DNA of 42,297 bases from Candidatus Altarchaeum sp. (GTDB lineage Archaea > Altiarchaeota > Altiarchaeia > Altiarchaeales > Altiarchaeaceae), in contig JAGTWP010000004.1 in assembly GCA_018260755.1 (NCBI GenBank), positions 1 through 42,297 on the forward strand. The letters run 5' to 3'. Under the pieces are notes generated by a model, which was given only the letters and a program-made list of their open reading frames with translations, was not told the DNA's origin and ran no database searches. Positions within the stretch are counted from its first letter, which is position 1. Each line of letters opens with the position of its first letter. Below are positions 25,301-33,672 of this stretch, one piece after another. The position numbers and the translations under genes were made by a program.

Positions 25301-26482
25301 ATCATCGCTAACTGTTATGTTACTTAATGGAACATTTCCCGTGTTTGTTACATTATAATAATAAGTTACATTTCCTCCGCCAACAGGTAATGTTGTTTGA
25401 TTCGCTGTTTTAATTAAAGTTATGTTTGGGTTTGCAGAGGTTACATTTACTATTACAGTTGCGTTTGCTGTTGCATTTAAGATTGTTCCTGGATAATTAC
25501 CTGTTACATTAGCAATATTTGTTACTGATTCATTTACGAACATTGAACAATTGCACATCATGCTTCCATTTATCGCCAATGTTGTTTTCGGACAAGTTAC
25601 ATTACTGCATTTGTCATCTGTAACAGTTATGTTTGTTAAATTTACCGGATTATTCAATGTGAAATTTCCCTGTTGAGTTTTTTCAACTGGTGATGAAACT
25701 GTTTTAACCGTAATTGTATCATTATATAATCCCGGATCCATTTCCGTAGTTAGCATATATGTGATTACATTGTAATAGTAAGTTACATTTCCTCCACCTG
25801 CTGATAATGAATAATTACTTGCTGTTTTATTTAAGGATATATTTACCTGTCCGCACGTATTGATTTTAATAGTATAATTCAATATTCCGCTGTTACAGTA
25901 ACCGTAGCCATAGCCATTATATCCGTATCCGTAGCCATATCCGTATCCGTAGCCATATCCGTATCCGTAGCCATATCCGTATCCGTAGCCATATCCGTAT
26001 CCGTAACCATAGCCATTTGTATAACCATATCCGTAACCATAATCATAATTACCGCAGAAACCTGTAAGAGTTACATTTACATAAATAATTTTTCCACTAC
26101 AATTATAATAGGGATTAAAATAATGACCTGTTGTAGATAAATTACTATCTAATGGCAAAGAACAATTCATAAAGATTCCATCGGAAGGATTTAAAATTTT
26201 TAAAGTAACATCAGTTACACGATCAGTACTTATATTTACAACTGCATTCAAAGTAATATTATCTGTACACATAGTATAATTATTATTTATACTATAATTT
26301 TCACTTCCAGGAGGCATATCCTTAAGATGGTTGAAATTTATCACAACATCACTGATAATCGGATTCCATAACAAACCTCCGATAATTACAGCAGTCAAAA
26401 TAAATGCAAAATATTTATTCATATTATTTTTAGTTCCCATGTCTGCTTTATTTGTTCCCTCTTTTTGAGAATTGTCGCTCAT
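22355..26482 (-). CDS. Giant membrane-anchored surface (glyco)protein: GY tract, six DUF11-type repeat modules, Cys-rich MopE-like motif, Ig/carboxypeptidase-regulatory-like domains, C-terminal TM and cytoplasmic tail
   Basis: 1375 aa. N-terminal hydrophobic segment. Six copies of the signature GGG(N/S)VTYYYNVTNTGNV(P/N)L...DDKC. CNGIDDNCNNQIDE. Poly-Leu TM (about 22679-22750) followed by RKKK. An alternative start at Met21 (MNKYFAF) is possible. Confidence 0.85.
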   Translation of the reverse strand: MSDNSQKEGTNKADMGTKNNMNKYFAFILTAVIIGGLLWNPIISDVVINFNHLKDMPPGSENYSINNNYTMCTDNITLNAVVNISTDRVTDVTLKILNPSDGIFMNCSLPLDSNLSTTGHYFNPYYNCSGKIIYVNVTLTGFCGNYDYGYGYGYTNGYGYGYGYGYGYGYGYGYGYGYGYGYGYGYGYNGYGYGYCNSGILNYTIKINTCGQVNISLNKTASNYSLSAGGGNVTYYYNVITYMLTTEMDPGLYNDTITVKTVSSPVEKTQQGNFTLNNPVNLTNITVTDDKCSNVTCPKTTLAINGSMMCNCSMFVNESVTNIANVTGNYPGTILNATANATVIVNVTSANPNITLIKTANQTTLPVGGGNVTYYYNVTNTGNVPLSNITVSDDKCPTVNCPKNNLSVSESMKCNCTKTVTDNETNIANVTGFYGLQPLFGGGPGVPGANVTVPIASPAQPNISLIKIANPTCLNMSERNVTYYYIVTNTGNVNLTNISLSDDKLGAINCSATQLAVGESMMCNYSTTINITTTNIANVTGNYSGTIVNATANATVNVMPSCPVCPNILITKTPNATSIVYGELVNYIYNVTNTGGVNLTNVRVFDDKLGFVCIISTLNVNESKTCNFTTPLYNTTTNIACAVSSEGAGIDSCANATVNVTPVNPNISLNKTASNYSLPAGGGSVTYYYNVTNTGNVPLSNINVTDDRCSSVICPNATLVVNESTICNCSTTLTQCGNVTNIAKVTGNYSGSIVNATTNATVFVACPNITLVKTANPTTLPAGGGSVTYYYNVTNTGNVNLTNINVTDDKCSNVTCPNATLAVNEIMECNCSTTINSTTTNIANVTGNYSGTIVNATANATVNVSVTCVDIGAEEICNGIDDNCNNQIDENNVCCNNGQCEANKGETCSSCPGDCGACPPPGSSGGGYCTTCGPQQYQGIPVGEVTTTHQISPTIPDITTPGSHCFKMECTTNTYQDGKLTTSTTKNVPSAANIMLTLPNGNNLNVSTNANGEICYNFGCGIYTITIPKGVCGEEYSKTITSTYGKLYITPSDLTKAMTNDVLTYIIKDDGGNAVKGAKVSIVLPDGNIVKTSDFEGKITFNVGEKEGSYTLTAQKDCYENETLTGTIVMPKLTVTCAPQVNVNETLCCYVKDQDGNNVEGANVKLTMPGGKEIQLISDANGKVCTNETQIEGDVTAAASKKGYKDSDTATSKITTVEIICPKECKCGCEEGTATCKTTCPECNIFGLPCWILLLLLLLIALLLFLLLRKKKIYADEESINKAIKEEQLENISSKYSKIYVSRKVYDNIQGMDVENRVKNKFEFVDLDEKGENYLKECGDEHVARAKQLNVDLLTSNDETAKKAEENKINVKRYE
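25910..26047 (-). repeat. Gly-Tyr dipeptide tract (about residues 146-191) encoded by a reiterated 18-bp unit (plus-strand ccgtatccgtagccatat)
   Basis: Peptide is YDYGYGYGYTNGYGYGYGYGYGYGYGYGYGYGYGYGYGYNGYGYGY. At least four consecutive identical 18-nt units are visible on the plus strand around 25925-26000. Confidence 0.9.
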
Positions 26483-26563
26483 TTTACTTGGTTTAAATTT
26501 AAATTTATAAAAATTTTTTAAAATATTATAATAATTACATCTATAATTAAATAAATAAATAAA

Positions 26564-26605
26564 TTTTTTAAGTTTATATTATTGTCTTTTTTAAGTTTAT
26601 ATTAT
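26564..26605. repeat. Two copies of the 19-nt ttttttaagtttatattat (period 23 bp) in the upstream region of the giant gene
   Basis: 26564-26582 is identical to 26587-26605. The repeats lie 82-123 nt upstream of the minus-strand ATG at 26482. Confidence 0.85.
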
Positions 26606-26711
26606 AATAAACCGTTTATTAATTAATTTTGGATATTAAATAAATATTAAATAAATTGCATTAAATAAATAAATAAATATTAAATAAATAATTAAAGATT
26701 AAATAAATAAA

Positions 26712-27572
26712 TTAAAAATTTTTTCCAGTAATTCTTTCATACATTTCGGCATACAAATCCTCAACCTTCCTTATCATTTCATCAGATAAAGGCGGAATTA
26801 ACGGTTCGCTTAAATTTTTCTCCCTTTGTGCATAAAGAAAGTCCCTGTAACTAAATTTCTCACCACACTTCGGGCAAACATAAAATAAATTTTCATAATA
26901 CTGCCTGACAAATTCCTTGCTTAATTCAACGAAATTTCCCTTTTTATATTCTTCCGCATCCCAAAACCTGTCCTCATCAGGCGTTCCGAATGTATCAATA
27001 AGCAAAATTTCCCCGTCCAGAATCCCGAATTCCTTCTTTCCGTCAACATGGATTAAATTTCTCTTTCCTGCCTGGTTTTTAATTACATCATCTATCTTCA
27101 ATATAATTTCCTTAATATTTTCCAAATCAATCTTCTTTAACTTTGAAATTTCTAATACCTCTTCTTCTGTGAGTAATCTGTCGTATTTCTCAAATTTTGT
27201 CGTGATTTCAAAGATCGGCTCGCTAAATTTCTCACCGTATGTTCCTTTATGCTTTTTGTAATAAGAGCCGGCATTATAATGCCTTACTATAAATTCAAGC
27301 GGAATTACTTCTGTCTTTTTAACAAGCATCTCGTCGGACTTTGCCTTGTTCTTGCCGTCTGAAACATATTGGGTTTTACAAATTCCTTTTTTCTCAATCC
27401 TGTCAAACCAGAATTTTGCAATTCTGCATAAAACCTCACCCTTAACAGTAATCTCACTTGGAATTATCTGGTCAAACACAGATATTCTGTTTGAAAATTT
27501 AAATTTCAGCAAATGAGTATTAATTTCGTAAATATCCTTGACTTTTCCGCTTTTTAAAAATTTTTCGGACAT
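26712..27572 (-). CDS. purC: Phosphoribosylaminoimidazole-succinocarboxamide (SAICAR) synthase
   Basis: 286 aa. GKVKDIYE, SNRISVFD and a LIDTFGTPDEDRFWD-type motif. Longer than typical PurC because of a C-terminal insertion containing CPKCGEKF. Confidence 0.85.
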   Translation of the reverse strand: MSEKFLKSGKVKDIYEINTHLLKFKFSNRISVFDQIIPSEITVKGEVLCRIAKFWFDRIEKKGICKTQYVSDGKNKAKSDEMLVKKTEVIPLEFIVRHYNAGSYYKKHKGTYGEKFSEPIFEITTKFEKYDRLLTEEEVLEISKLKKIDLENIKEIILKIDDVIKNQAGKRNLIHVDGKKEFGILDGEILLIDTFGTPDEDRFWDAEEYKKGNFVELSKEFVRQYYENLFYVCPKCGEKFSYRDFLYAQREKNLSEPLIPPLSDEMIRKVEDLYAEMYERITGKNF

Positions 27573-27640
27573 TTTTTAAATTTCTTTTTTATTTCTTTTT
27601 TAAATTTATTGCTTTTTATTTCTTCTTTATTTTTTCTTCT

Positions 27641-28114
27641 TTATTTCTTTTTTATGACAACAACATCCCCCAATGTAAGCACATCCTTTGATTTATCAAT
27701 TTTCAGAAGCACAACTCTTTCTCGCTTTTTTATTAAATTTATATTTAAAAATTGCTCAATCTTTTCTATAACCGCTATCGGAGGAACAAACCCGGATTCT
27801 ATTCTTTTTACATAAGCAACAGGCTCATTTATGTGTTTTGCAAAATCCTCCTGCTTTAAATTTTTCTTTTCCCGAATATCCTTTATTTTATGGCTAAAAT
27901 TTTCAACAATTTCATATTCCGGCTCTCCGAGAACAGTTGCAGGGGAAATTTCTTTGTCTGCGTTGTCCTGCTTTTTCTTTTCAGCAACCTGTTCTCGGAC
28001 ATCTCCGATAATCCTTCCGTTAACTGCACACTCATCACAAACGATTACAGGTGCGCCCATAAACATAATTTTTTTTCCCTGTTTTATTTGTGCTCCGCAT
28101 AATTCGCATTTCAT
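27641..28114 (-). CDS. mbf1: Archaeal MBF1 (multiprotein bridging factor 1): N-terminal zinc ribbon plus Cro/C1-type HTH
   Basis: 157 aa. CELCG...VCDECA zinc ribbon. HTH region IKDIREKKNLKQEDFAKHINEPVAYVKRIESG. Confidence 0.8.
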   Translation of the reverse strand: MKCELCGAQIKQGKKIMFMGAPVIVCDECAVNGRIIGDVREQVAEKKKQDNADKEISPATVLGEPEYEIVENFSHKIKDIREKKNLKQEDFAKHINEPVAYVKRIESGFVPPIAVIEKIEQFLNINLIKKRERVVLLKIDKSKDVLTLGDVVVIKKK

Positions 28115-28150
28115 TTTTGGGTTTTTGAAATTTTTCTAAAAATATAAATT

Positions 28151-28184
28151 TAATTAAGTTTGTATTTTAATTAAGTTAGTATTT
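28151..28184. repeat. 2 x 17-bp tandem repeat (taattaagttNgtattt) in the divergent mbf1/guaA promoter region
   Basis: 28151-28167 versus 28168-28184, with one mismatch. Confidence 0.85.
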
Positions 28185-28241
28185 AAATTTTAATTTAAAT
28201 TCAATTAAATATCTTACTCATTATGTGAAAAAAAATTTAAA

Positions 28242-29159
28242 ATGTTTGATGCAGAAAAGTTCATTAAAAATGCAATTGAGGAAACAAAAGAAACAGTCGC
28301 TGGAACGACAATAATTGCATTATCAGGGGGTGTTGATTCATCAACCTGTGCAATGCTCGTCGGCAGGGCAATCGGAAAAAATTTGGTTTGTGTGTTTGTT
28401 GATAATGGCTTTATGAGAAAGAACGAGCCGGAAAGAATCAGGGAAATTTTTGAAACAAAAGTAAAATTTGAATTTGCCGATGCGAGTGAAAGATTTTTTG
28501 ATGCATTAAAAGGTATCACAGACCCGGAAGAAAAGAGAAAAATTATTGCAAGGACATATATTGAAATTTTTAACGAATACGCAGAAAAATATAATGCAAA
28601 ATTTCTGGTTCAGGGAACTATAGCACCTGACTGGATTGAAACAAAGGGAAATATAAAAAGCCATCATAATGTTGCATTGCCTTCCGGAATGACACTTGAA
28701 ATTTACGAACCGCTGAAGGATTTGTATAAAAACGAGGTCAGACAGGTTGCAAGAGCCCTTGGACTTTCCGAAGAAATTTCCGAAAGAATGCCGTTTCCCG
28801 GACCAGGACTGGCGATAAGGGTTTTAGGAGAAGTAACAAAGGAGAAGGTAGAAATTGTCAAAGAAGCGGATGCAATTGTCAGAGAAGAAATTTCAAACGC
28901 AAATTTAAAGGTCTGGCAGGCATTTGCCGTTTTACTTGAGGGAAAGACAACAGGAGTAAAAGGAGATAAACGGGATTACGGATACATGCTCGCTGTAAGA
29001 ATTGTTGAATCAACGGATGCAATGACTGCAAACGCAATGAATGTCAAATGGGAAATTTTGCAAAAAATAACAAGCAGAATAACAACGGAAATTTCCAATG
29101 TTACAAGGGTTTTGTATGATTTAACTAGCAAACCGCCTGCGACGATTGAGTTTGAATGA
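28242..29159 (+). CDS. guaA: GMP synthase subunit B (ATP pyrophosphatase/dimerisation part of a split GuaA)
   Basis: 305 aa. PP-loop SGGVDSS and a C-terminal ...KPPATIEFE end typical of GMP synthase. No GATase domain or subunit A gene is adjacent. Confidence 0.9.
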   Translation: MFDAEKFIKNAIEETKETVAGTTIIALSGGVDSSTCAMLVGRAIGKNLVCVFVDNGFMRKNEPERIREIFETKVKFEFADASERFFDALKGITDPEEKRKIIARTYIEIFNEYAEKYNAKFLVQGTIAPDWIETKGNIKSHHNVALPSGMTLEIYEPLKDLYKNEVRQVARALGLSEEISERMPFPGPGLAIRVLGEVTKEKVEIVKEADAIVREEISNANLKVWQAFAVLLEGKTTGVKGDKRDYGYMLAVRIVESTDAMTANAMNVKWEILQKITSRITTEISNVTRVLYDLTSKPPATIEFE

Positions 29160-29220
29160 AAAATTATAAAATTTGTAAAAATTTAATAATAAAATTCCAT
29201 TTATTTATCAAACCAATAAA

Positions 29221-29727
29221 ATGTCAATATCAAAAAATATTACTGAAATAATAGGAGATAGTGCAAGGTATCTGCTGCTCTTATTTATCGGATTTTTATT
29301 TATAAAAATTTACTTTCCGCAGGTTGAAAGATACATAGATATAAATTTATTTTTTATAATTACAATCGTAATTTTAATTGTGGCCATCTTGCTGGAAAAG
29401 AAATTTATGCCCGAAAGATATAAAGAGTATGCAGAAGATGAAACTGAAGATAAAGATGAAGGAACGGAAGTAAAAGAGGATGAAAAAATTTCATTAACAA
29501 AAAAAGAAATTTTGTATGTTGCTGCACTCTCTATTCTGGGGATGGTTCTTGTTTATTATACTTTAGCGTTAAATTATAAGTTACTTCCCATGTATCTACT
29601 TTTGCTTTTATCGGTAACTGCTGGAAGTTTGATTGCATTTTTGAGTTATGAGACGATGAAGGAAGATAAAAAGAAAATAAATCATACGGTGAAGGAAAAT
29701 TTAAATCAGGAAATTAAGGAAATTTAA
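29221..29727 (+). CDS. Hypothetical membrane protein (2+2 TM segments separated by an acidic linker)
   Basis: 168-aa ORF. The acidic linker is EYAEDETEDKDEGTEVKEDEK. No family recognised. Confidence 0.4.
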   Translation: MSISKNITEIIGDSARYLLLLFIGFLFIKIYFPQVERYIDINLFFIITIVILIVAILLEKKFMPERYKEYAEDETEDKDEGTEVKEDEKISLTKKEILYVAALSILGMVLVYYTLALNYKLLPMYLLLLLSVTAGSLIAFLSYETMKEDKKKINHTVKENLNQEIKEI

Positions 29728-29904
29728 AACGATTTCACTTGTGCAACCCAAAAATGACCAATGAGAAAAGCGTCAAAAAATTATTTGAACTTGTAGGAAT
29801 AGACAAAGTTGCAGACATTTTTTATAAACAAACATCGCCTGAAAGGATGAGGGTTAATTACAGACCAAGAACCATTAATTTTTTCAGATTATATTTTAAG
29901 AAAA

Positions 29905-30170
29905 ATGCACACTGAAGTTCTAACTAAAGAGCAGAAGGAGTTACTTCCCTTGATAAAGTTGTTTTCAAAGGAATATTATCTTGTTGAAGGAACGGCAATG
30001 CATTGGACAAATGAGTTGTTCAATGGTTTTTTAATGAAAAACTTTTTCGTGAACAATTGTCTTATTTTGAAGATGTAGATTATACAGAGTCCATTGAATT
30101 CATCGAAAAGGAAATTCCCGAAGATGAAATAAAGGACTTTTTAATTAAGTCTGCAACAATTCCTTTTTAA
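29905..30170 (+). pseudogene. Decayed AbiEii/AbiGii-type nucleotidyltransferase toxin gene (internal deletion plus frameshift), preceded by an overlapping 53-codon ORF (29754-29915)
   Basis: The N-terminal LTKEQKELLPLIKLFSKEYYLVEGTA resembles the family start (..L..L......FYLVGGTALAL) and then breaks off. A different frame gives the family-like C-terminus EKLFREQLSYFEDVDY...IPEDEIKDFL. No ORF of 60 aa or more is in the track here. Confidence 0.5.
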
Positions 30171-30201
30171 TTTTTATTTTTAATGTCTAATCAAAAAAAT
30201 T

Positions 30202-31374
30202 ATGAGAATTTTAAATATTACAAAATACTTTTATCCGAAGTACGGAGGAATTGAAACCAGAAATTTTGAGGTAAGCAGGTATTTATCGCAGAAGGGCTTT
30301 GAAATTTATGTTTCCACATCAAAGCACGCTCAAAATTTAGATGACTTTGAAGTTTATGAAGGAATAAATATAAGGAGGCATAAAATTTTATTTAAACCGT
30401 TTAATGATGTTTTTTATCCAGGCATTATAAAGGATATTTTCAGGTTGGACTTTGATTTGGTTCATGTTGACTTACCAGATCCAGTAAATTCTATATTTGC
30501 ATTTTTTGCATCTGTTATTAAAAACAAACCGTTAATTATAACTTATCATGCGGATATTGAAAAAGAAGAATTAGAGAAATTTCCAACGTCTATGATTTTG
30601 AAGGCATATAATATTATTCTTAAATTTATTCTGCAAAGAGCAAAGAAAATATTTGTAACATCAAAGGATTATGCAAAATCAAGCAAAAATCTGAGAAATT
30701 TTAAGTTTGAAGATGAAAGCAAAGATGGAAAACTGGTACTTTCTCCGAGTTTTATAGAGGGGGATGAATTAAATATTGAAAATTATGATGAGATTGAAAA
30801 AATAAAGAAAAATTTGGGGCTTGAAAATAAGAAAATCATACTTTTTGTAGGGCGACTTGTCCACTACAAAGGTGTTGAATATTTGCTCAAATCATTTAAA
30901 AAAGTTGAGAAAAATTTTAATGATGTTGTTCTTTTGATAATTGGCGATGGACCACTAAGGAATCAGCTTGAAAATATTGTAAAGAATGAAAATATAAAAA
31001 ATGTCCAATTTCTCGGAAAGGTTAAAGAGTTAAAATATTATTATGCTTTATGCGATATATTTGTTCTTCCGTCAATAACGAGACAGGAAGCATTCGGACT
31101 TGTTTTGATTGAGGCAATGTATTTTGGAAAACCCTGCATTACAACAAATATTGAGTCGGGAATGAAATATGTTGTTGATTATGGAAATGCAGGAATTTTG
31201 GTTAAAGAAAAAAATACGGAAGAACTTAAAGATGCAATTGAAAATTTAATTGTTAATGAAAATTTAAGAAAAGAAATTGGAAAAAAGGCAATAAAAAGGG
31301 TTTTGGAGAAATTTACATCAAGGGTTGTTTTGGAGAAATTTGAAAAGGAAATCAAATCAATAATCAAAAATTAA
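30202..31374 (+). CDS. GT4-family (GT-B) glycosyltransferase
   Basis: 390 aa. N-terminal RILNITKYFYPKYGGIE and the C-terminal EAFGLVLIEAM (E-x7-E-type) motif. Confidence 0.8.
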   Translation: MRILNITKYFYPKYGGIETRNFEVSRYLSQKGFEIYVSTSKHAQNLDDFEVYEGINIRRHKILFKPFNDVFYPGIIKDIFRLDFDLVHVDLPDPVNSIFAFFASVIKNKPLIITYHADIEKEELEKFPTSMILKAYNIILKFILQRAKKIFVTSKDYAKSSKNLRNFKFEDESKDGKLVLSPSFIEGDELNIENYDEIEKIKKNLGLENKKIILFVGRLVHYKGVEYLLKSFKKVEKNFNDVVLLIIGDGPLRNQLENIVKNENIKNVQFLGKVKELKYYYALCDIFVLPSITRQEAFGLVLIEAMYFGKPCITTNIESGMKYVVDYGNAGILVKEKNTEELKDAIENLIVNENLRKEIGKKAIKRVLEKFTSRVVLEKFEKEIKSIIKN

Positions 31375-31383
31375 CAATATAAT

Positions 31384-32400
31384 ATGGGGGAGTTAATTAA
31401 AAGCAGGACACCTATGCGAATAAGCTTTGCTGGAGGAGGAACTGATGTAGATCCGTTTCCTGAAAAGTACGGAGGGGTTGTTGTTAATGCGAGTATTAAC
31501 AAATATGTCACATCTACTTTGAAATTCAGAAAAGATAAAAAACTAAAAGTTGAAATTGTTGGCGAAGGAAAAGCAATTTATGATAATATAAATGCACTAA
31601 CTTATGGAGGGAAATTTGATATTGTAAAGGCCGTAGTTAAGTTTATGTATAAGGGAAATAAGGGCTTAGATATTTATATTTATAAAGATGTAGGGCCAAG
31701 ATCCGGATTAGGCGGGTCCGCTGCTTTATTTTTAAGTGTTATCGGACTTTTTAATGAATTATCTTATAAAAAATTAGATAAATACGAATGTGCAGAGTTG
31801 GCTTATAAATTAGAAAGAGAGGAATTAAAAAACTTAGGAGGAAGACAGGATCAGATTGCATGTGCATTCGGAGGAATAAATTTTATTGAATTTAAGGGAA
31901 AAGACTTTGTCAGGGTTATACCTTTAAATTTAAATAAAGAGACAATTTGCGGGTTAGAGGAAAATTTAATTTTGCTAAATTTAGGGGAAAGAAAGAACTC
32001 TGGAAAAATCCTTGAGCAACAAATTAAAAATGTCAAAACAAAAAAAGACACTATACAGGCGATGCTTGAAACAAAAAAAATATCTTATGAAATAAAAGAG
32101 GTATTACTTTCCGGGAATTTTGAAGAATTCGGGAAACTTTTAAATAATGGCTGGGAATTAAAGAAAAAATTTGCCGCTGAAATTTCAAACCAAGATATTG
32201 ATAAATTTTATGAAAAGCTAAAAAAGGTAGGTGTGATCGGAGGGAAGATAAGCGGTGCAGGAGGAGGAGGACACATGTTTGTGTTTGGCAAGTCATTTTA
32301 CAGAGATAAAATTGAAAAGGAAGTCCTAAAGTTTAATTATAGTTTAGTGCCATTCAAATTTGAAAATTCTGGACTAACAACATGGAGGTCAAAATATTGA
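31384..32400 (+). CDS. hddA: GHMP-family sugar kinase, HddA-like (D-glycero-alpha-D-manno-heptose 7-phosphate kinase)
   Basis: 338 aa. SRTPMRISFAGGGTDVDPF N-terminus, GHMP ATP motif PRSGLGGSAAL, C-terminal GKISGAGGGGHMF. Sits in a four-gene block with gmhA, gmhB and a nucleotidyltransferase. Confidence 0.65.
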   Translation: MGELIKSRTPMRISFAGGGTDVDPFPEKYGGVVVNASINKYVTSTLKFRKDKKLKVEIVGEGKAIYDNINALTYGGKFDIVKAVVKFMYKGNKGLDIYIYKDVGPRSGLGGSAALFLSVIGLFNELSYKKLDKYECAELAYKLEREELKNLGGRQDQIACAFGGINFIEFKGKDFVRVIPLNLNKETICGLEENLILLNLGERKNSGKILEQQIKNVKTKKDTIQAMLETKKISYEIKEVLLSGNFEEFGKLLNNGWELKKKFAAEISNQDIDKFYEKLKKVGVIGGKISGAGGGGHMFVFGKSFYRDKIEKEVLKFNYSLVPFKFENSGLTTWRSKY

Positions 32401-32401
32401 A

Positions 32402-33085
32402 ATGAAAGCATTAATACTTGCTGGCGGATTGGGAACAAGATTGAGACCATTAACATATAAAATTCCAAAAGCAATGGTTGAGGTTAATGGAAAGCCATTC
32501 CTTTATTACCTAATTAAATTTTTATCAAAGCAAAATATAAAAGATATTGTGATTTCTGTCGGATATTTAAAGGAAAATATTATGGAGTATTTTACGGATG
32601 GAAAAAATTTCGGAGTAAATATAGAATATGCAGTAGAAAATGAGCCGCTTGGAACGGGTGGTGCGATAAATAATGCAAAAAAATTTTTAAAAGAGAAATT
32701 TATAGTAATGAACGGAGATACTATTTTTAATATAAATTTAGAGGATTTTTCAAAATTTCACGAATATAAAAAAGGAGTATGTACAATTGCACTTGCAAAC
32801 ATTGATAATACGGAAAGATATGGAGCAGTAGAGGTTGATAAAGATGGCAGGATTGTTAAATTTTTAGAAAAAGGAATAAAAAAGAACGGATTGATAAACG
32901 GAGGGATATATATACTTGAGGAAGAAATTTTTAACTATCTGCTGGAAGTTGGCTCTCTTGAAAAGGATGTTTTTCCTTTGCTAATCGGAAAAATGTACGG
33001 ATATGTAAGCAATAGTTATTTCATAGACATAGGAATACCTGAATATTATAATCAAATAAAAGATAAATGCTTTGATTTTATTTAA
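32402..33085 (+). CDS. hddC: Sugar-1-phosphate nucleotidyltransferase, HddC-like (heptose 1-phosphate guanylyltransferase)
   Basis: 227 aa. KALILAGGLGTRLRPLTYKIPKAMV signature. The short single-domain form and the gene context suggest HddC. Confidence 0.65.
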   Translation: MKALILAGGLGTRLRPLTYKIPKAMVEVNGKPFLYYLIKFLSKQNIKDIVISVGYLKENIMEYFTDGKNFGVNIEYAVENEPLGTGGAINNAKKFLKEKFIVMNGDTIFNINLEDFSKFHEYKKGVCTIALANIDNTERYGAVEVDKDGRIVKFLEKGIKKNGLINGGIYILEEEIFNYLLEVGSLEKDVFPLLIGKMYGYVSNSYFIDIGIPEYYNQIKDKCFDFI

Positions 33086-33087
33086 AA

Positions 33088-33672
33088 ATGAAAGATATAA
33101 TAAAAAAAAGACTGGAGGAAAGTATTAAAGTAAAGGAAGATATGATAAAGGACGATAAGATTATAGAAAGCATAGCAGAAATTGCAAATATTATAATTGA
33201 TTGTTATAAGAAAGGGAACAAACTTGTAATATTTGGAAACGGAGGAAGTGCTGCCGATGCACAACACATTGCCGCTGAATTAGTAAGTAAATTTAAATTA
33301 GAAAGAAAGGCGCTGTGTGCGATTGCTTTAAATACAAACACTTCAATTATAACTGCTATTGCAAATGATTATGAATTTGGAAAAATTTTTGAAAGACAGG
33401 TTGAAGGTATTGTAAATAAAGGCGATGTTGTAATTGGAATTTCAACAAGCGGAAGCTCTGAAAATGTAATAAGGGGGCTTTTAAAGGCTAAGGAAAAAAA
33501 TGCAATACTTGTAGCGTTTACAGGGAAAAGCGGAGGGAAAATAAAAAACATAACAAACATAATTTTACAGATACCTTCCGATGAAACCCCAAGAATTCAG
33601 GAAGCACATATTACTGCAGGACATATAATTTGCGAAATTGTTGAAAAAGAATTAGCAAACATGGATAAATGA
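33088..33672 (+). CDS. gmhA: Phosphoheptose (sedoheptulose-7-phosphate) isomerase, SIS domain
   Basis: 194 aa. FGNGGSAADAQHIAAELV, GISTSGSSENV and EAHITAGHIICE match GmhA. Confidence 0.85.
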   Translation: MKDIIKKRLEESIKVKEDMIKDDKIIESIAEIANIIIDCYKKGNKLVIFGNGGSAADAQHIAAELVSKFKLERKALCAIALNTNTSIITAIANDYEFGKIFERQVEGIVNKGDVVIGISTSGSSENVIRGLLKAKEKNAILVAFTGKSGGKIKNITNIILQIPSDETPRIQEAHITAGHIICEIVEKELANMDK

